Notes under the pieces: model-generated | What the model was told of the DNA's origin: nothing | The model's input: only the letters and a program-made list of their open reading frames with translations | Databases searched by the model: none | Program-made: the position numbers and the translations under genes | Shown: piece after piece, positions 1 to 14,074 of the stretch | Position numbering within the stretch: the first letter of the stretch is position 1 | How the letters are laid out: each line of letters opens with the position of its first letter | Assembly: GCA_024679065.1 (NCBI GenBank) | Contig: JAGIQG010000011.1 | Span: 31,434,001-31,498,000, forward strand | Direction of reading: 5' to 3' | Length of the DNA stretch: 64,000 bases | Origin: Sphyrna mokarran | Lineage: Eukaryota

Positions 1-571
1 CTCTAATAAAGAAAACCCACCAATACCTTTACTTTCTCAAAAGACGAAGGAAATTTGGCATGTCCGCTATGACTGTCACCAATTTTTACAGATGCAGTAT
101 AGAAAGCATTCTTTCTAGTTGCATCACAGCTTGGTAGAGCTCCCACTCTGCCCAAGACCACAAGGAACTATAAAAGATTGTGAATGTAGCCCAATCCATT
201 ACACAAGTAGCCTCTCATCCATTGTTTCTGACTATACTTTCCACTGCCTAGGCAAAGCCAGCATAATTAAGGATCCCATGTGCCCCGGACATACCCTTGG
301 CCATTATTTTCCATCGGGAAAGACACAAAAGTCTGAGGTCACATATCAACTGACTCAAGAACCGTTTCTTCTCTGCTGCTGTCAGACCTTTGAATGGACT
401 TACCTTGCTTGCATTTAATTGATCTTTGTCTACATCCTAGCTGTGACTCTAACACTACATTATGCACTCTCTCCTTTCCTTCTCTATGTACGGTATGTTT
501 TGTGTAGCATACAAGACACAATACTTTTCACTGTATAGGAATACATATAACAATAATAAATCAAATCAAAA
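1..571 (+). mobile_element. Rex1/Babar-type LINE 3' fragment
   Basis: The degenerate translation TNFYRCSIESILSSCITAW..SAQDHKEL..IVNVAQSIT matches the Rex1-like RT C-terminus. It ends in an AATAAA(TCAAA)n tail. Confidence 0.7.
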
Positions 572-1799
572 TGATTAATCATAATTAGTTATATTACTAA
601 AATAATTGTTACAAGATAGCAATTAACACCCTTCAATCAACTGAATGGTAATATGTGTTATGTATTAATTCATGATGATATACAGGGTCATTTTTAATGT
701 TTAATGCAGTTCAAACACGTGGCTGAAATGTTATTTGGAATTACAAGTTTATATTTATGGCGAAATTGCAAGTCAGTGTTTACTAATCTTTTTTGTAAAA
801 ATTGCACAGTATTCACTCTATTGGAAATAAACAGCACATAAGCATCATTATATTTTCTGCTAGAAACCTTAAAAACGTAATGATGTTGAACTCTCATAAC
901 TGCTGACACATTAATCATTTATATTTCAGCTCCTATCCGTGATACTAGATAGTGTTGTGAGTGTAGGGGGTAGGAAACACAATGTTGGACTCCCATCACG
1001 GTTTTCGAAAAATAGAGAACTGTGTCTTATGTGTCTTTGCTCACACGAAAAAAGAGGTAGCGAATTTAAAAGGTCGCTCAAGACAGATGTTGAAAAGCAG
1101 TTTTCATTTTCATGTCATATGAATCATAATAAGTATAAAGCTACTCAAACGGAGGACCTGATTTATTTACATTATTGCTATCTTGACGCTCCGATGAAGG
1201 CGGTGGGGTAATAAAGGAGTATTAGTAGAACTATAGGGCTTTTCTTGCCGAACAGGGAATGGCAGAACCTTTTCAAGTAGCTTCATGCATCCAATTGACT
1301 GAAATAAAATCACTGCAGCGAAACACGTTTATTTAATGTGCTTTGCTGCAGTGAAATAATTAGACAATAAATATGTATCAAGTAAATTTAACGATAACAA
1401 TGTTTAAACAAGATGAATTGATTCTTTACATGTTTATTTAAAACTGACTGTAACCATACAGGAGGTAATATACACAGACAGCATTAAAGATGAACCGCTT
1501 GAGAAACAATTATATGTGAACATGATTCTAATGCCAACATTGAACGCCAATTTCAATAATCATTTCACGGAAAGCCACTGAAATATATATTTCAGCAGTC
1601 ATACTTCTCGCTGCAAGTATATTTTTTGTTTATTCTGGCAGTGGTTGTTTAATTCTATCTTTGCTAACGTTAAATTCCTCTGGAGAGTATACCATTACCG
1701 TGTTGTCAGTCAGACATAAATGACGTACATAAAGGCTCGTTCATTTGCACCAAAACCAAAAAGATCTATGGCGCCGCATCAATTTTATAATAAAATTAT

Positions 1800-2056
1800 T
1801 AGGGGATACGGTGGACTAGTAACAATGTCACTGGCTAGTAGAGCAGAGGCCCAGGACGCGGATTCAAATCGAACTAATCTCAGTAATATTGAATGTGAAA
1901 CTAACATCGATTGTGGCAAGAATCCTTTAGAAAAAGGAAATCTGCCATCCTTACTGCGTCTGGCTTACGCGTGACTTCACGCCCAAAATAATGTGATTGA
2001 CCCTTAACTGGCCCTCCAAGTCAGTGTAAGGGCAAATAGGGATGGACAACAAATTT
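1800..2056 (+). mobile_element. SacSINE1/DeuSINE-like SINE, degenerate
   Basis: It has a tRNA-like head (..GAGGCCCAGG..TTCAAATC), the core AAGGAAATCTGCCATCCTTAC..GTGACT and the tail AAGGGCAA.TAGGGATGG.CAACAAAT. Confidence 0.6.
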
Positions 2057-2659
2057 CTCCCATAAGAGAATAAATAAAACCATTTAAAATTATATTTCAA
2101 TACATTGGATTTCCTAAAAATGCCACTCTTGATCGAAGGGGGAGTTTTAATTAGCGAGTGCATTAATCGGGTGTATGTGGAGCGATTCACTGACAGCAGC
2201 ATGTATAGTTTAGTGGTGATTGGATAATTCAATCTATTAATTGTTTAACAATGCTGGGAAAAGATCACGATATCTCGCTGTAAATGCCTTCTGTTAAATT
2301 AATGTAAAGAATGCTACATCTTTGACATCAGCAACGTAATTAGATTGCATTTCAATATAAATTATTCTTGGATTTTTCTAATTTATCGTTAATTTAAGCG
2401 GTTTAAAAAAACACACATTAGCAGCGTGGCAGTGCTGGATTCTCCAGATCACTACATAACTGAATTGGATGATAACAATTCAATGTATTCATGTTGTTAT
2501 TTTTCTCTATTAGAATTGAATGTGCCTCCCAAGTTTGAAACGACTCTACAGGCAAACGTTTCGTGTTTGTATTAGTTCTGCCCTGAAAGATCTTCCTCAC
2601 GAATTCCTGCAAAAGTAAAATTAAAAAATTGTTACAAGGGTTTGACGGCAGGTGATTTA

Positions 2660-2829
2660 AAAACAGAAAACACTCTGCCGATCTAGCAGCATCTGTGGAG
2701 AGAGAAAGAGAGTCAGAGCTATAAGTTGATCTGTTTCTCTCTCCATAGATGCTTCCAGACCAGCGGAGTTTGTCCGACACTTTCTGTCTTTAACTCCAGA
2801 TTTCCAGCATCCGCAGTGTTTTGCTTTTG
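2660..2829. repeat. Penelope-like palindromic repeat
   Basis: The inverted arms are AGCATCTGTGGAGAGAGAAA and TTTCTCTCTCCATAGATGCT, followed by the end motif CAGATTTCCAGCATCCGCAGTGTTTTGCTTTT shared with other copies in the window. Confidence 0.6.
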
Positions 2830-4658
2830 CCACAAATGTGAACTTCGGCCGATTGCCAGCAGATGGAGATATTATCCATGGTCCAATCTTGCAAATTCCA
2901 CACGAGGTATAAATTTCGATTTGTGAAATAATGTGTAATGTTTCATATCAAATGGTGTGCAAAATAATCATTGCCAAATAGCCGGGGGACGCGATAACAA
3001 TGTTCGACCCGCATTGTGCCCGAATTTTAAACATCAGTTATATTACACCACATCTGCTTTAAAGCAAAAAAACTTGAACGATGACTAATAAGGAATGCAT
3101 CTAAAAGTTTTTGATTTTTTTCTGACTTTCAGTTACATCCTAGTAATATTTCTCGAATCAGGTTTTATTTATTGCCCAAATTAACTAAATGCTGCTATGA
3201 AATCTTGTATTAACCTCAAAACATTAAGAGATTATAGAAACGCATGTACATGTTATATTGTAAATATTTTTTCAATAATATGCGTAGATACCTTCAATGA
3301 AATACACAGAACAAATACACAGAACAATCTTTCCGTCTTTTCTTACATTCGAGCACGTGGTTCTTTTTCCCCAGCGGAAAAGAGAAAATATTGTGTGGCA
3401 ATTACTTCCAATCATGTTACCTTTTAAATTCTGTGAGAAAGTATGGTATAACGTCTGCGTTCACTTTGCACCCGGCCTTTCGGGATTTCTCTAATAAACT
3501 CGGCTGCGGAGTGCCAAAAGCCTGATGAAAAATTCATAACTTTGTTACACGTTGTAGTTTGGACTAATTGCATTTACGTGCGGGAATGAACAAACGTTTG
3601 GAACCTCAACAGCATACAAAGTGTACGCAGTCCCTGCAATTAAACAGCCTTTAAAAACACACACACACACATGGTCTTTTTATTTTAAAATGGCATAACT
3701 TTTTAATTGATATCTTAAAGATTCTACCTTTCATGGCGTGCATTCCTTACAGTTATTTTCTGCAATAATCTTCGAAGTTGACAGTGAACAGGGACACTTT
3801 GCTGCGAACGATAGGGAAGGACGTAAGATTTTCGGGCTATTTTATTGTCTGTTTTAATGGAAGATTTTACAATAATCGAAGTGTTTGCGTGTTGTGCTCA
3901 GATGTTAAAGGAGTGTAAGTTTATTACTCGACGAGGAGACCCATGCAGCATATTGTGACTCTTAACAGTTCCTACTGTTCGTAACAGAAACTATAGCAGC
4001 TCGAGTATTTGACAACACTGAATGATTGACTCGACTCTCGCACGGTTTTGTTAGAGAGCATCATTGGGAGTTTGCTCCACTCCTCATTTTATAATCCATT
4101 TACTGAATGTATGTGGGAATAATGCACGTGAACACCAGCTGTCATCTGGCTAGATTTCAGATAAAAGAATAGCAGGTAGTAAGATTTCAGGATGCTTCGA
4201 GATTTGTCTAAGCATACATTTATCACAGAACTTCACTTGAAAGCTAGTTGTTTCGGCACAGTGTCCATTACTGCACCATTTTACGCGTTATGCAGCGATT
4301 CTTTTTGTAAGCAAATGAGACAATTACAACTATTTTTAACGAGCTGGATTAAGCAAAAGATATTTTTCTTTTTTAAAAGAAAAGTATCCAGAGGGTTTAA
4401 CGTTGTTCCCCGATCCGGCTGTGTCAAAGCGCGCCAAACTAAACCGGTCAGTGGGAGATATACAAATCAGAAGTGGCTGACGGTTGTCCTATTTGTAGCG
4501 TTGTGTGTATTTAACTCGATTTTTTAAAAAAAAAGATGACGGCAAAAATTCGAGGGAAGTGCTTGGATAATGTCCAGCTGTTTATCTAAAGCGTGGAGGA
4601 ATTGTTGTTACAATGAGGTCGAACTTTCGGAAGACCGAACCATTTCATAATTACTGGG

Positions 4659-4706
4659 GAAAGAGAGAGAGGGAGAGAGCGTGTGTGTGTGTATGTATGA
4701 GAGAGA
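4659..4706. repeat. Compound (GA)n(GT)n microsatellite upstream of mstn
   Basis: The sequence is aagagagagagggagagagcgtgtgtgtgtgtatgtatgagagaga. Confidence 0.8.
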
Positions 4707-4954
4707 ATCAGTCACAATTGGGAAAAGATGTTCTGTGAAAGCTGTAGAAAATTGGAAACAAAGACTGCATATTACGCCTAGCAGCAGGGAATCGTGAGAT
4801 CTGGCGTTCTGAAACGAAGCAACTTCCTGAATGCGAGAAGAGAGGATCGCCATAGTACGCTTTGTGTGAATTGTTTCAGTTAACGTTCATTGGAATAAAC
4901 AGGCGATATAAACACACGAGTGAAGTTGAAAATAATGACGCTGCACTGACTGTG

Positions 4955-5075
4955 AGTGACAGAGAAGGGTCTCAGTTCTGACAGCTAGATTCTTTGTTGG
5001 CACAGCAGCCAATCGTTGATTTTTACGACACAATAGTGAAGCCAAAGTTGTGGTATAAAAAGCCGTGTTGGAATA
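4955..5075 (+). promoter_or_regulatory. Conserved myostatin core promoter (TGACAG x2, CCAAT box, CRE-like site, TATA box)
   Basis: The elements are GTGACAGAGAAGGGT, TGACAG (4979-4984), GCCAATC (CCAAT 5009-5013), TTACGACA, TATAAAAAGCC (5054) and TTGGAATA. This is the same order and similar spacing as the amniote MSTN minimal promoter as I recall it. Confidence 0.85.
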
Positions 5076-5172
5076 TATGAGATTTACCAGTGTGCTTGGC
5101 CATATCCCAGCCCACCAGCCTCTAACAAACTTAACTGGAAACAGAAGCGGATCCACCTCAAGACCTGGGAAC

Positions 5173-5578
5173 ATGCAAACATCACAAATCCTCATTTACC
5201 TGGCTCTCTTTGGTGCACTTGGTCGAGTGGGTGGCAGAGATGGTGCTCACGCGAATTTGACAGATATTAAAACGGAATCGCTAGAAAAAGGGCCAGATAG
5301 TGACTATAACGTGTCCGAGTGCTCGGCCTGTAGGTGGAGGAAGGAGAATAAAGCACTGAGACTGGAGTCTATCAAATCGCAAATTCTGAGCAAACTGCGT
5401 CTCAAAGAAGCGCCCAACATTAGCCGGGATACAGTGAACCAACTTTTACCGAAAGCTCCTCCTTTGCAACAGTTACTTGATCAATATGATATCCAAGGGG
5501 ATGACAATAATGACGCCTTATTAGAAGAGGACGATTATCATGCTACAACTGAAACTCTCATCACCATGGCCACGGAGC
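5173..5578 (+). CDS. mstn: Myostatin (GDF8) coding exon 1: signal peptide and N-terminal prodomain
   Basis: The ATG at 5173 ([17 protein letters not shown], a hydrophobic signal peptide) is followed by [62 protein letters not shown], the hallmark MSTN/GDF11 prodomain. The exon ends GAG C|GTAAGT (phase 1, 406 nt). Confidence 0.95.
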
Positions 5579-7181
5579 GTAAGTAGGCCAGTATAACTAA
5601 AGTAACATATCAGCAGTAGAGTAACTTTTCTAAATAACGACTGATGTGATACAACGTTTCAACTTGTGCGATGCCATAATGTTTACACATTTGCTCTCAA
5701 TTGATAGACTAATATCGCTGGTTGTAGGTTATTATGTGCGTTGCACTTAAAGCAAACGGCTCGACAAAGATTTTATTAGCCATGGAAATCGCGACCTCAT
5801 TGTGATCTTTTCATCTATTCTGTTTCAAAAGGCTTCCCTTTCCTTTACAATACGCACCAACATACTAAGGTCGTAACTCACTTAACGAGAAGTGTAAACT
5901 TTAAGGAAAAAAGAATCTTTATTTGTCCACGTTATAGCTATTCAGAAGAACTCACAAACACGCTCTGTTGGAGTTAAGCAAGGAGATCTTAACTAGCAAC
6001 CGTTTATATTTCCTGTACACCTGAAACTTAGGAAACCACGTTTATAACCTAGGACTATAAAAGCACCATTTTTAAGAGCTCACAATGCAAAACTTAATTT
6101 GTTCTATCAAATTATAGCTATTTGGTTGAGGAGAAATTATTATTCACTCTAGGTGACCCTATGAACCTTAACCAAGTTCGGCCCATGCAAACCGTTCCTC
6201 AAGCTACTGCAGTGAAACAAATGAATGTAACTGATGAGGATTACGTGAGCCATTCAGAAAGAGTTTTAATTACGCGTTTGACCAGTTTATATTCTAACTT
6301 AATACTCCGTGGCTTCCCGTCACTGTTTCCAAAATAATATTTTATTTTTTCCCAATATAGTTAACTGGTTTCCTTCTTGCTGAGATAGTTGGGAAGAAAG
6401 ATTCTATTGTCCCAAAGGCATATTAGTGTTCATTGTAGAGGAATAACTTAATAGCTACTAGCAAATGGTGTCATGACCTCAGTGTGTCATTAGGGTCATT
6501 TTAACTGCAAAGCATGTGACGGGTAACTGCAGCTGCCTAAGTGCTCTGTCAGCCTGCGCGCGTTGGTTACTAAATGCTACATCTGCAAAAATGGAGGATT
6601 AATATCCAGTCAGAAAGATAAGATTGAGACCAATTTGCAGTGAAACACGCTCACTTTATTTCTGTTAAAGAAAGAATGACCAAAGGAGTCAACGAGTCCC
6701 CTCTAACGTGTTTCTTTCATTAACTATCGCCAAATATACATGTTTAACACGTTTATTATGTACTATCAATGTATATATTTTATTGTGCACTGTTGCATTA
6801 AGCAACAATTAATACCTAGAATGTTGCAATGAAGAATATAATTCCAATTATCTATCCAACACGGACTAGGAGTCAATAGGGAATAAAGATAATAAATTTA
6901 TACCCATGCATTCATTCATTCATCTATTTTTTAAGAGTCGAAATGGTACCAACCGCATTCCCCTAAATGGGATTTACTGTTAAATCTGCATATGCATTTA
7001 GCCTTTACTCCTTCAATTACTTCAAAAATGATCACAAAATAATATCTTGATTTTTCAGTGTGTGCAATTTACTATATGAGTTTGAAATAATGCATGGTTT
7101 TATTTTGTTTGATTTGAAAGACTTGAAAGGATTGAAATAACATCATTCACGTGCATATATTTTTAAACTTCTTTGTTCAAG

Positions 7182-7555
7182 CTGAACCTAGTGTCCAAGT
7201 CGACGACAAACCGAAATGTTGTTCCTTCAAGATCAGCCCCAAAATGCAGTTCAATAAAGTAGTCAAAGCCCATCTCTGGATATACCTGCGACCAGTGAAG
7301 CAAACCACAACAGTCTTCATGCAAATTCTGCGACTAAAGCCAGTGGGGCAAGAATGGACGAATCACACACCGATACGCTCTTTAAAATTCGACATTAACT
7401 CCGGCACTGGCCATTGGCAAAGTATAGACTTCAAACGCGTACTACAGAATTGGCTCAAGCAACCCGAATCGAACTGGGGCATCCAAATCAATGCGTCTGA
7501 TATCAACGGCATCGATCTGGCAGTCACCTCCCCAGGGGTGGGGGAGGAAGGGTTG
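7182..7555 (+). CDS. mstn: Myostatin coding exon 2 (prodomain)
   Basis: The acceptor is ttcaag|CT. It encodes [72 protein letters not shown] and ends at donor TTG|GTAAGT. At 374 nt it is the canonical MSTN exon-2 length, and its phase joins both exon 1 and exon 3. Confidence 0.96.
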
Positions 7556-10519
7556 GTAAGTGGCACTCCAACTCAACAATACGTTAGTATTGCAGCAACT
7601 TGTACAGTATCAATTAATAAAGACCACAGATCAGATGTCAAACTTAACAGCAGGCTTCAGTGAAATCAATGTCAATCTTATAAGAAATAGTAACTTGAAA
7701 TTTGTTTAATGGATAGCACAAAGTATTTCGAAGGTTTTTGAATTTAGGCCGTCACAAAATACCCTGATACTAAATGTTCCCGTACACATCCATGCTGAAA
7801 GAGTAAAAGGTTTTCTTTGGCTCACAAAGTCATATGCTATTACACGTTCCCAAACTTCATTCCAGGTTATTTGTTCCCAAGAATATATTTTACAATACCT
7901 AAAACGTTGGAATTGAATGCTAAATTTAATTACATTTAATCAAATTAGATAAAGCCATTGTCTTGGAATAATGTCATCAATCATTTATTAAATATTCATA
8001 TTTAGCATCTCAATTTATTCCAACGTTTAAAAAATGAAAATGGGTTAAAAACGCGCAATATAATAGCTTTCTGATTCTAATAGCCCAAAAACGACTTGAG
8101 AAGTAGAAGACGATGTTTGTATCCAAGATACTTCTAAGGAAGTATTTTGCATTTTAGGGAGAGCTAATGTGCAATACAATTAATCCTTCTTTTCACATCA
8201 GTGCTCCTGATGACAATAGAAGATATAATCATCATTTAATAATATTCAATATTTCATTGGGTTATGAAATCCAGGGCACACTCGAATAAATAATTCGAAA
8301 TAATTGAACTGTGCTAAAAACGAGATGTTTTTCACCATTTCCTGTTTTGAAAGAGATATTCTCTCTAATAATGAAAAGATACACATTGTTGCAACTGTGG
8401 AATATGTAATATGTTTAACAGTAACAGAATCATCAGGACACAACAGGAGTCATAGAGTATGCATTTTGAAAGAGCAAACATGAATAAGAATTAATCTCCT
8501 TAAATATATTTGATTAATGTTACTCTCAAAATGTTGAAGATTTAAACTAAATACCTTATTAAACTTATGTCACAAAAAGCACTCATTATTCCCAATAGGT
8601 GTTTGGAGTTTAACAGTTAAAAATAACATTTTTAAGAACAATTAAAAAGAATATACTTTTAACCGGTACAGTTCTGATTTATTATATTTGTGCTGTTCAG
8701 TTTTGATTTATTACAACAGATAGTTAGAGAATAATAGTTATAGTTCATTTCCCTTTTCTTATTGCATTTTGCAAACACAATTTTTGGGTTGGGTTTTAAC
8801 TGTTTCACTAGAATGGCATAATAATTAACCCTGAGCGCAGAGCAGTCTGCTGTCAAAACTCATACACAGAAGAGTGACAAAAACTAATAGCAAAATAGCA
8901 ACGCATACCTGAAAGGAGAACCTTTGGTGGAAGCAATGGGTGGCTTTTTTAAAGAATAAATGTTTATAATTTATAAAATTTAGCGTTACTTTGTGTCTCA
9001 CATGATGGTGAGAATTAAGTGTTGTATCCACCTTCCCATCCCAATACCGCTCCCATTTCCCATCCATAGCAGACAGTAAAATGTACAGGATATTAGCATT
9101 AAAATACACACTTAGAGGAAACGTGTGAAAGATTCACATTTATGCCCCCACATTATGTCTTGTGCTATTCCAGATGGGTGAGATCTTGTAGAAATCTTTC
9201 ACAGAAAAGGAATTCTGATGACATTACAAACTGTGACTTTCCTGTGACATAGGGGCATTTAGTATGATTATTTGAATATGAAGTTGTCCAAATTAGGGCG
9301 CAAAATTGAATTTTAAGATGACCACTGCTTTGAATAACTAGTTCATCACAGCCAAAAGATCTGCCTTGTAAGATAAGATGGGATTTCTAAAGAGCAATAT
9401 GATGGAAACACTAAGAATTAGACTGGTTATCCAAAATATATATCTTGATGAGAAATGGCTTTCCCCCAAATTATTGTGTCTGTAAACTGTTTCATAGAAG
9501 AAAGTACAGTGAGAAAACCATATTCCAATTTCATATATGACATATTTGTTTTGAAGTTGACTTTTCCCAGGTCTCCTCCACCTTATAAAACGTTATGAAA
9601 TCAATTTTTGGCTGTTTCCTATTAAGCTTATTGATACATGACTTGATGATAATACATTTTTGAGTTCTACTGTTATTAATAACTGTATACGGGGGTAAGT
9701 GACCATTTCAGAATTAAACTTGATAAATACAAGTTACTCTAGAAAATATAGGAACATAGAAACTCATAATTATCACCAAAAGTTATTAACGTACAGTCAA
9801 TTAAAGAATGTAGGTATTCTACATCGAATAACGTTTATTCTCATTTGAAACATAATACCTAGATGTTTCATTCTAATCTACGTTTTGCATTTATAGGTTA
9901 CATTAAAAAAACTCACGTGCTTTAGTTAGCCATTAGTTCAAATGGAAATATATCATTGCTCTATTTTTCGTGCTTAGCCTCCTTTCATGCAAAATATTTG
10001 AAGGAAAGCATATCAATATTCACTACATTCATTTCTTAGAAACAGGGAAAGACCCATTCTCCTTCAAACGTTTAACAATTGGCTACCCTGGTTGCATAAT
10101 ACAGATTAAGCGGAATCTACATGAATTAAAATCAAAATTGTGCTTGTCAAATTGGGATACCAAATGTGACCATATCACCAAAAGTCAATGTACTTTCCAT
10201 TAAGTTTTGAGTAACACTGTTAACCATAGATTAAAAAAAAACACCTCAGCCGCCGTTAAGACACAAATTATGTTTGTGTGAGCGCCTAGAAGATCAGACA
10301 CTTGCTCCACCATTGTCCGATTAATAAAACTTTACATGGGATGTCCCGTGGTCTTTCTTAAGTGTTCTATCAGTTACAATACAGGATTTTATTGTTGTAA
10401 CTGAATACTAAAACCTCTCTGATTGATAGGGAAAACGCAAATGTGACAACATTTCCTTTTTGCAGTTCTTAAAGGATGGAAGTAGCGTGCAAATGTTGGA
10501 GAGTACGAGTTTGCTTTAA

Positions 10520-10921
<402 letters not shown>

Positions 10922-11844
10922 GAACGACCAAAGAGACATGGTGCGTCCCGACAACTGGACGTGCAAAATACGGTCGTGTCAACGATTTTCTGCATCACCC
11001 AGTACTGTGCAATAGGCAAAGAAGAGATTGTATTTGTGTTGCTCCCCAAAAAAACCGAACGAGAACAGCAAGATTCCAAAAGACACAACGAATTCCAGTC
11101 CACTGTTTCATTTCAAACAAGAGGAGCCAGTATACATTTCTAGTAAGACAGAACATCCCATACAAATTCATTCAAATCTAAAGATGTGCGAGCAATTCCA
11201 ATCCCAGCTTTGAGAACTGGTTAAAAGTATAAGACGTATTCGATATAATAGAAAAAAAATGCCATTGCGTGTGTTTAAAATGAACTCAGAACCTTTCTGA
11301 CACAGGTTTGACACTTCATTTCTCAGATCAGAGAATTATCAGCCAGATATATAAACTGTATTCGTGTATTTACAACAGATATTAACGTTTGACTACAATA
11401 TTTAACTCTTGGTTCAGATAAACAGGAGCATTTACATTATCAAAGTCGTCTGAACTACTCTAAACTTGAATTTGATGCAATGGCATTAAGGGGCAGAAGG
11501 ACTGTCTTTCGAAGCTAACAGAAGCACTATGTCTGTGGACAATGTTTAAGGCAAAATGTACAGGAAAACCACAAGTCTGATAAGTGTTAAGACCCTGTTT
11601 GAATTCTGCCTTGGCAACATTACAGTTTGCACTACGGCAAGCCAATAGAGAGAACTGAATTGGTTGCTACAAAGTTGTAAAAACTGAATTTGATATGACT
11701 GCGTATGTTCTTTGAATAATGTGTACATGGCATTCATTTTGTAAATGTTTTTCTTTTTTCCTTTTCATTTTTTTTCATGGTTGGTATGATTTAACATGTC
11801 TACCAAGAGCAAGATTTGATACAACTTATATTATGTGCTCAATG

Positions 11845-11880
11845 AATAAAGGTGCTTGCTTTTGCTGTATCTCAAATAAA
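11845..11880 (+). terminator. Candidate mstn polyadenylation signals
   Basis: Two AATAAA hexamers (11845-11850 and 11875-11880) lie about 0.9 kb after the stop codon in a U-rich 3'UTR-like region. An ATTAAA near 12105 is an alternative. Confidence 0.5.
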
Positions 11881-12792
11881 ATACACACCAGAAAACACTA
11901 TGAAGGAAAAGAACTGATGGGTTGTACCGATTGTGAGCAATATGCCGCATTGCAATGGGGACACTGTCGTGGGGATCTTTTTCTTCATGCCCAGTGGTTG
12001 ATGACAGTATAGAGTCTCTTGTAGAATAAGATATTGTACAGAATCATTCTTGTACATTATTCGGTTCGGGTCATTATATCATTCACGTTAAAAGCAATTA
12101 TTTTATTAAATATACAATTTTAAAACTCACTATTTTGCAAGACCTTTTGATTTTAAAATGTGCACTGTAAAAGATTACCTGAAGGTGTTTCCAAGTACTA
12201 TATGTACAATCAGTACCCCCAATAATGGGGGAGGGTTATTGCTCCACAGAGTGGTCAAATATATGGACTCAAAACATTCCTACTCCTTTCTTTCAATCTT
12301 TCTAAGCAGTAACATCTGTTTAAATTGATCTCTTTTCAATCTCCTTTTCAAATTTCCATCAAAACACTAGACTATTCAGATCCACAGCTAAACTAAATAG
12401 CACGAACAATAAAATCGCGTACTTCCTGATTTCACACATATACACAGCGAGAGAGAAAGATGAAATATGGTGTGTAATAGAATATATGAATCCAATCTTT
12501 CAGGCAGCGGTACCGTATGCTAGCAATCGCAATCCTAGGTTTACCAAAACGATCGCTGATTTATTAACTGACGAAACTGATGCCCAATTATTAATTAATG
12601 TCCCTTTTAAATAACTAATTACAACATTCATAGCAAAATCGCAACATTTGTAATAACATCTGAAGCGCATTCAATGAAAATTATCGACAATCACCTCAGA
12701 ATTGATCACTTGAACCAGCAGACGTCAAAACTAAACTTAATCAAAAATATCAGCTCCGATTATTTGCATCACCTATACCTTGCACTCACAAT

Positions 12793-13059
12793 TAGGGTTG
12801 CCAATCCTCCGGGATTATATTTGACTTTTCAGGAATTAAATCTATTCTGGACAATGTTGTCAGCAAAAGGGGTGGGGGGGAGGAGTTAGGACACAAATCA
12901 CATGAACTATTTGTTTTAATTTTCATTGAACAATTCCCTTCTTTACCAGTTCTAACAGCTTTGGGGGGAAGGGGCGGTGGAGGGGGTAGGCGACGGTGAT
13001 TGGTGTTAGAAGTACGATGAAACCTCTAGGAATATGTCCGACCAGAATTGGCAACCCTA
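12793..13059. mobile_element. hAT-like non-autonomous DNA transposon (MITE)
   Basis: It has perfect 13-bp terminal inverted repeats, TAGGGTTGCCAAT ... ATTGGCAACCCTA. No 8-bp TSD is retained. Confidence 0.6.
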
Positions 13060-14074
13060 TCAGACCTAAAGCAACTTCAGAGTTACAAAGATATGCTAAT
13101 TTAGAATGTGTAATTTGATACTTGAGGTGCAGACAGTGTTCCCTTAGATACATAATGTCCACTAAAGTAACTCATTCAGCTCTACAATAATAGTATCAAT
13201 ATACCTAACCACTCCCGCCCCTCCTTCTCCCACACTTAGAAAGGTTTGGCAAATAACCGCTCATTGACAAGGGCAGTGGGTCAACAGGCAATCCACCAAT
13301 TTAACCTAAAGTCCAACATTTTCTACGATGCAAAGACATCACAGAGTTTGAAGATGTCTCTGAACAAATAAAGTCAATAATAATTTTCTACAGTGTCACT
13401 TTTGAAGAGATAGATGCTAATTCAAACACATCCCTACATTCCGTTGAATACGATACAATAAGCAAATAACAGCATGCCATTCCTTCGGTAGGTCTCTAGT
13501 TTTTAAGGTTGTCCACATTTGGAAACACCTGTCAGTTGTACAAGGCAGAATTATTGCCACATGTCCTAGCCAAGTAATCCTAATGCCCTTTGTATCTTTT
13601 TGCAAGAATATGTTTCAATTTACATTATCCATTTGTTTACTTTTCATAATATTATGAATGGTTTTTAATACTTCAATACTTAATACACCAGCTTCCTTTT
13701 CTGACTGCATGCCGTTTGTATCAACGTTACAGGAAATAGACATTTTTTGAATTACTTAAGATCACATCTCTGTAAAATTTGACATGTGCACAATCTTGTC
13801 AGGTGTCAGCTGACTCGGACACTTTAAAAGTCTATCCTGACACTGCGCGTGTCAAACAAATCGAAATGATGCTAAAAGTAAATCCAAGAAAGATACTCAC
13901 TCAGAGCTAACAAAATAATCCCTCTTCGTGTGAGTGAAGTTTGGCTTGAGGGGATGGGTGGGGGGATTTCTTGCAAACTCCACACAATCATTTCCTTTTA
14001 CCTCCCAACATCTGAGGGCAAACAACCCCTTTCCCCACCCCCATCCCCCAAACCAGGCGACTCTGCTCAGCTTC

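Noticed and set aside
5065-5172. In-frame N-terminal extension of mstn (TTG 5065 / ATG 5077) shown in the ORF track
   Set aside because: It begins only 11-23 nt after the TATA box, at or before the expected TSS, and would bury the signal peptide. ATG 5173 matches homologues.
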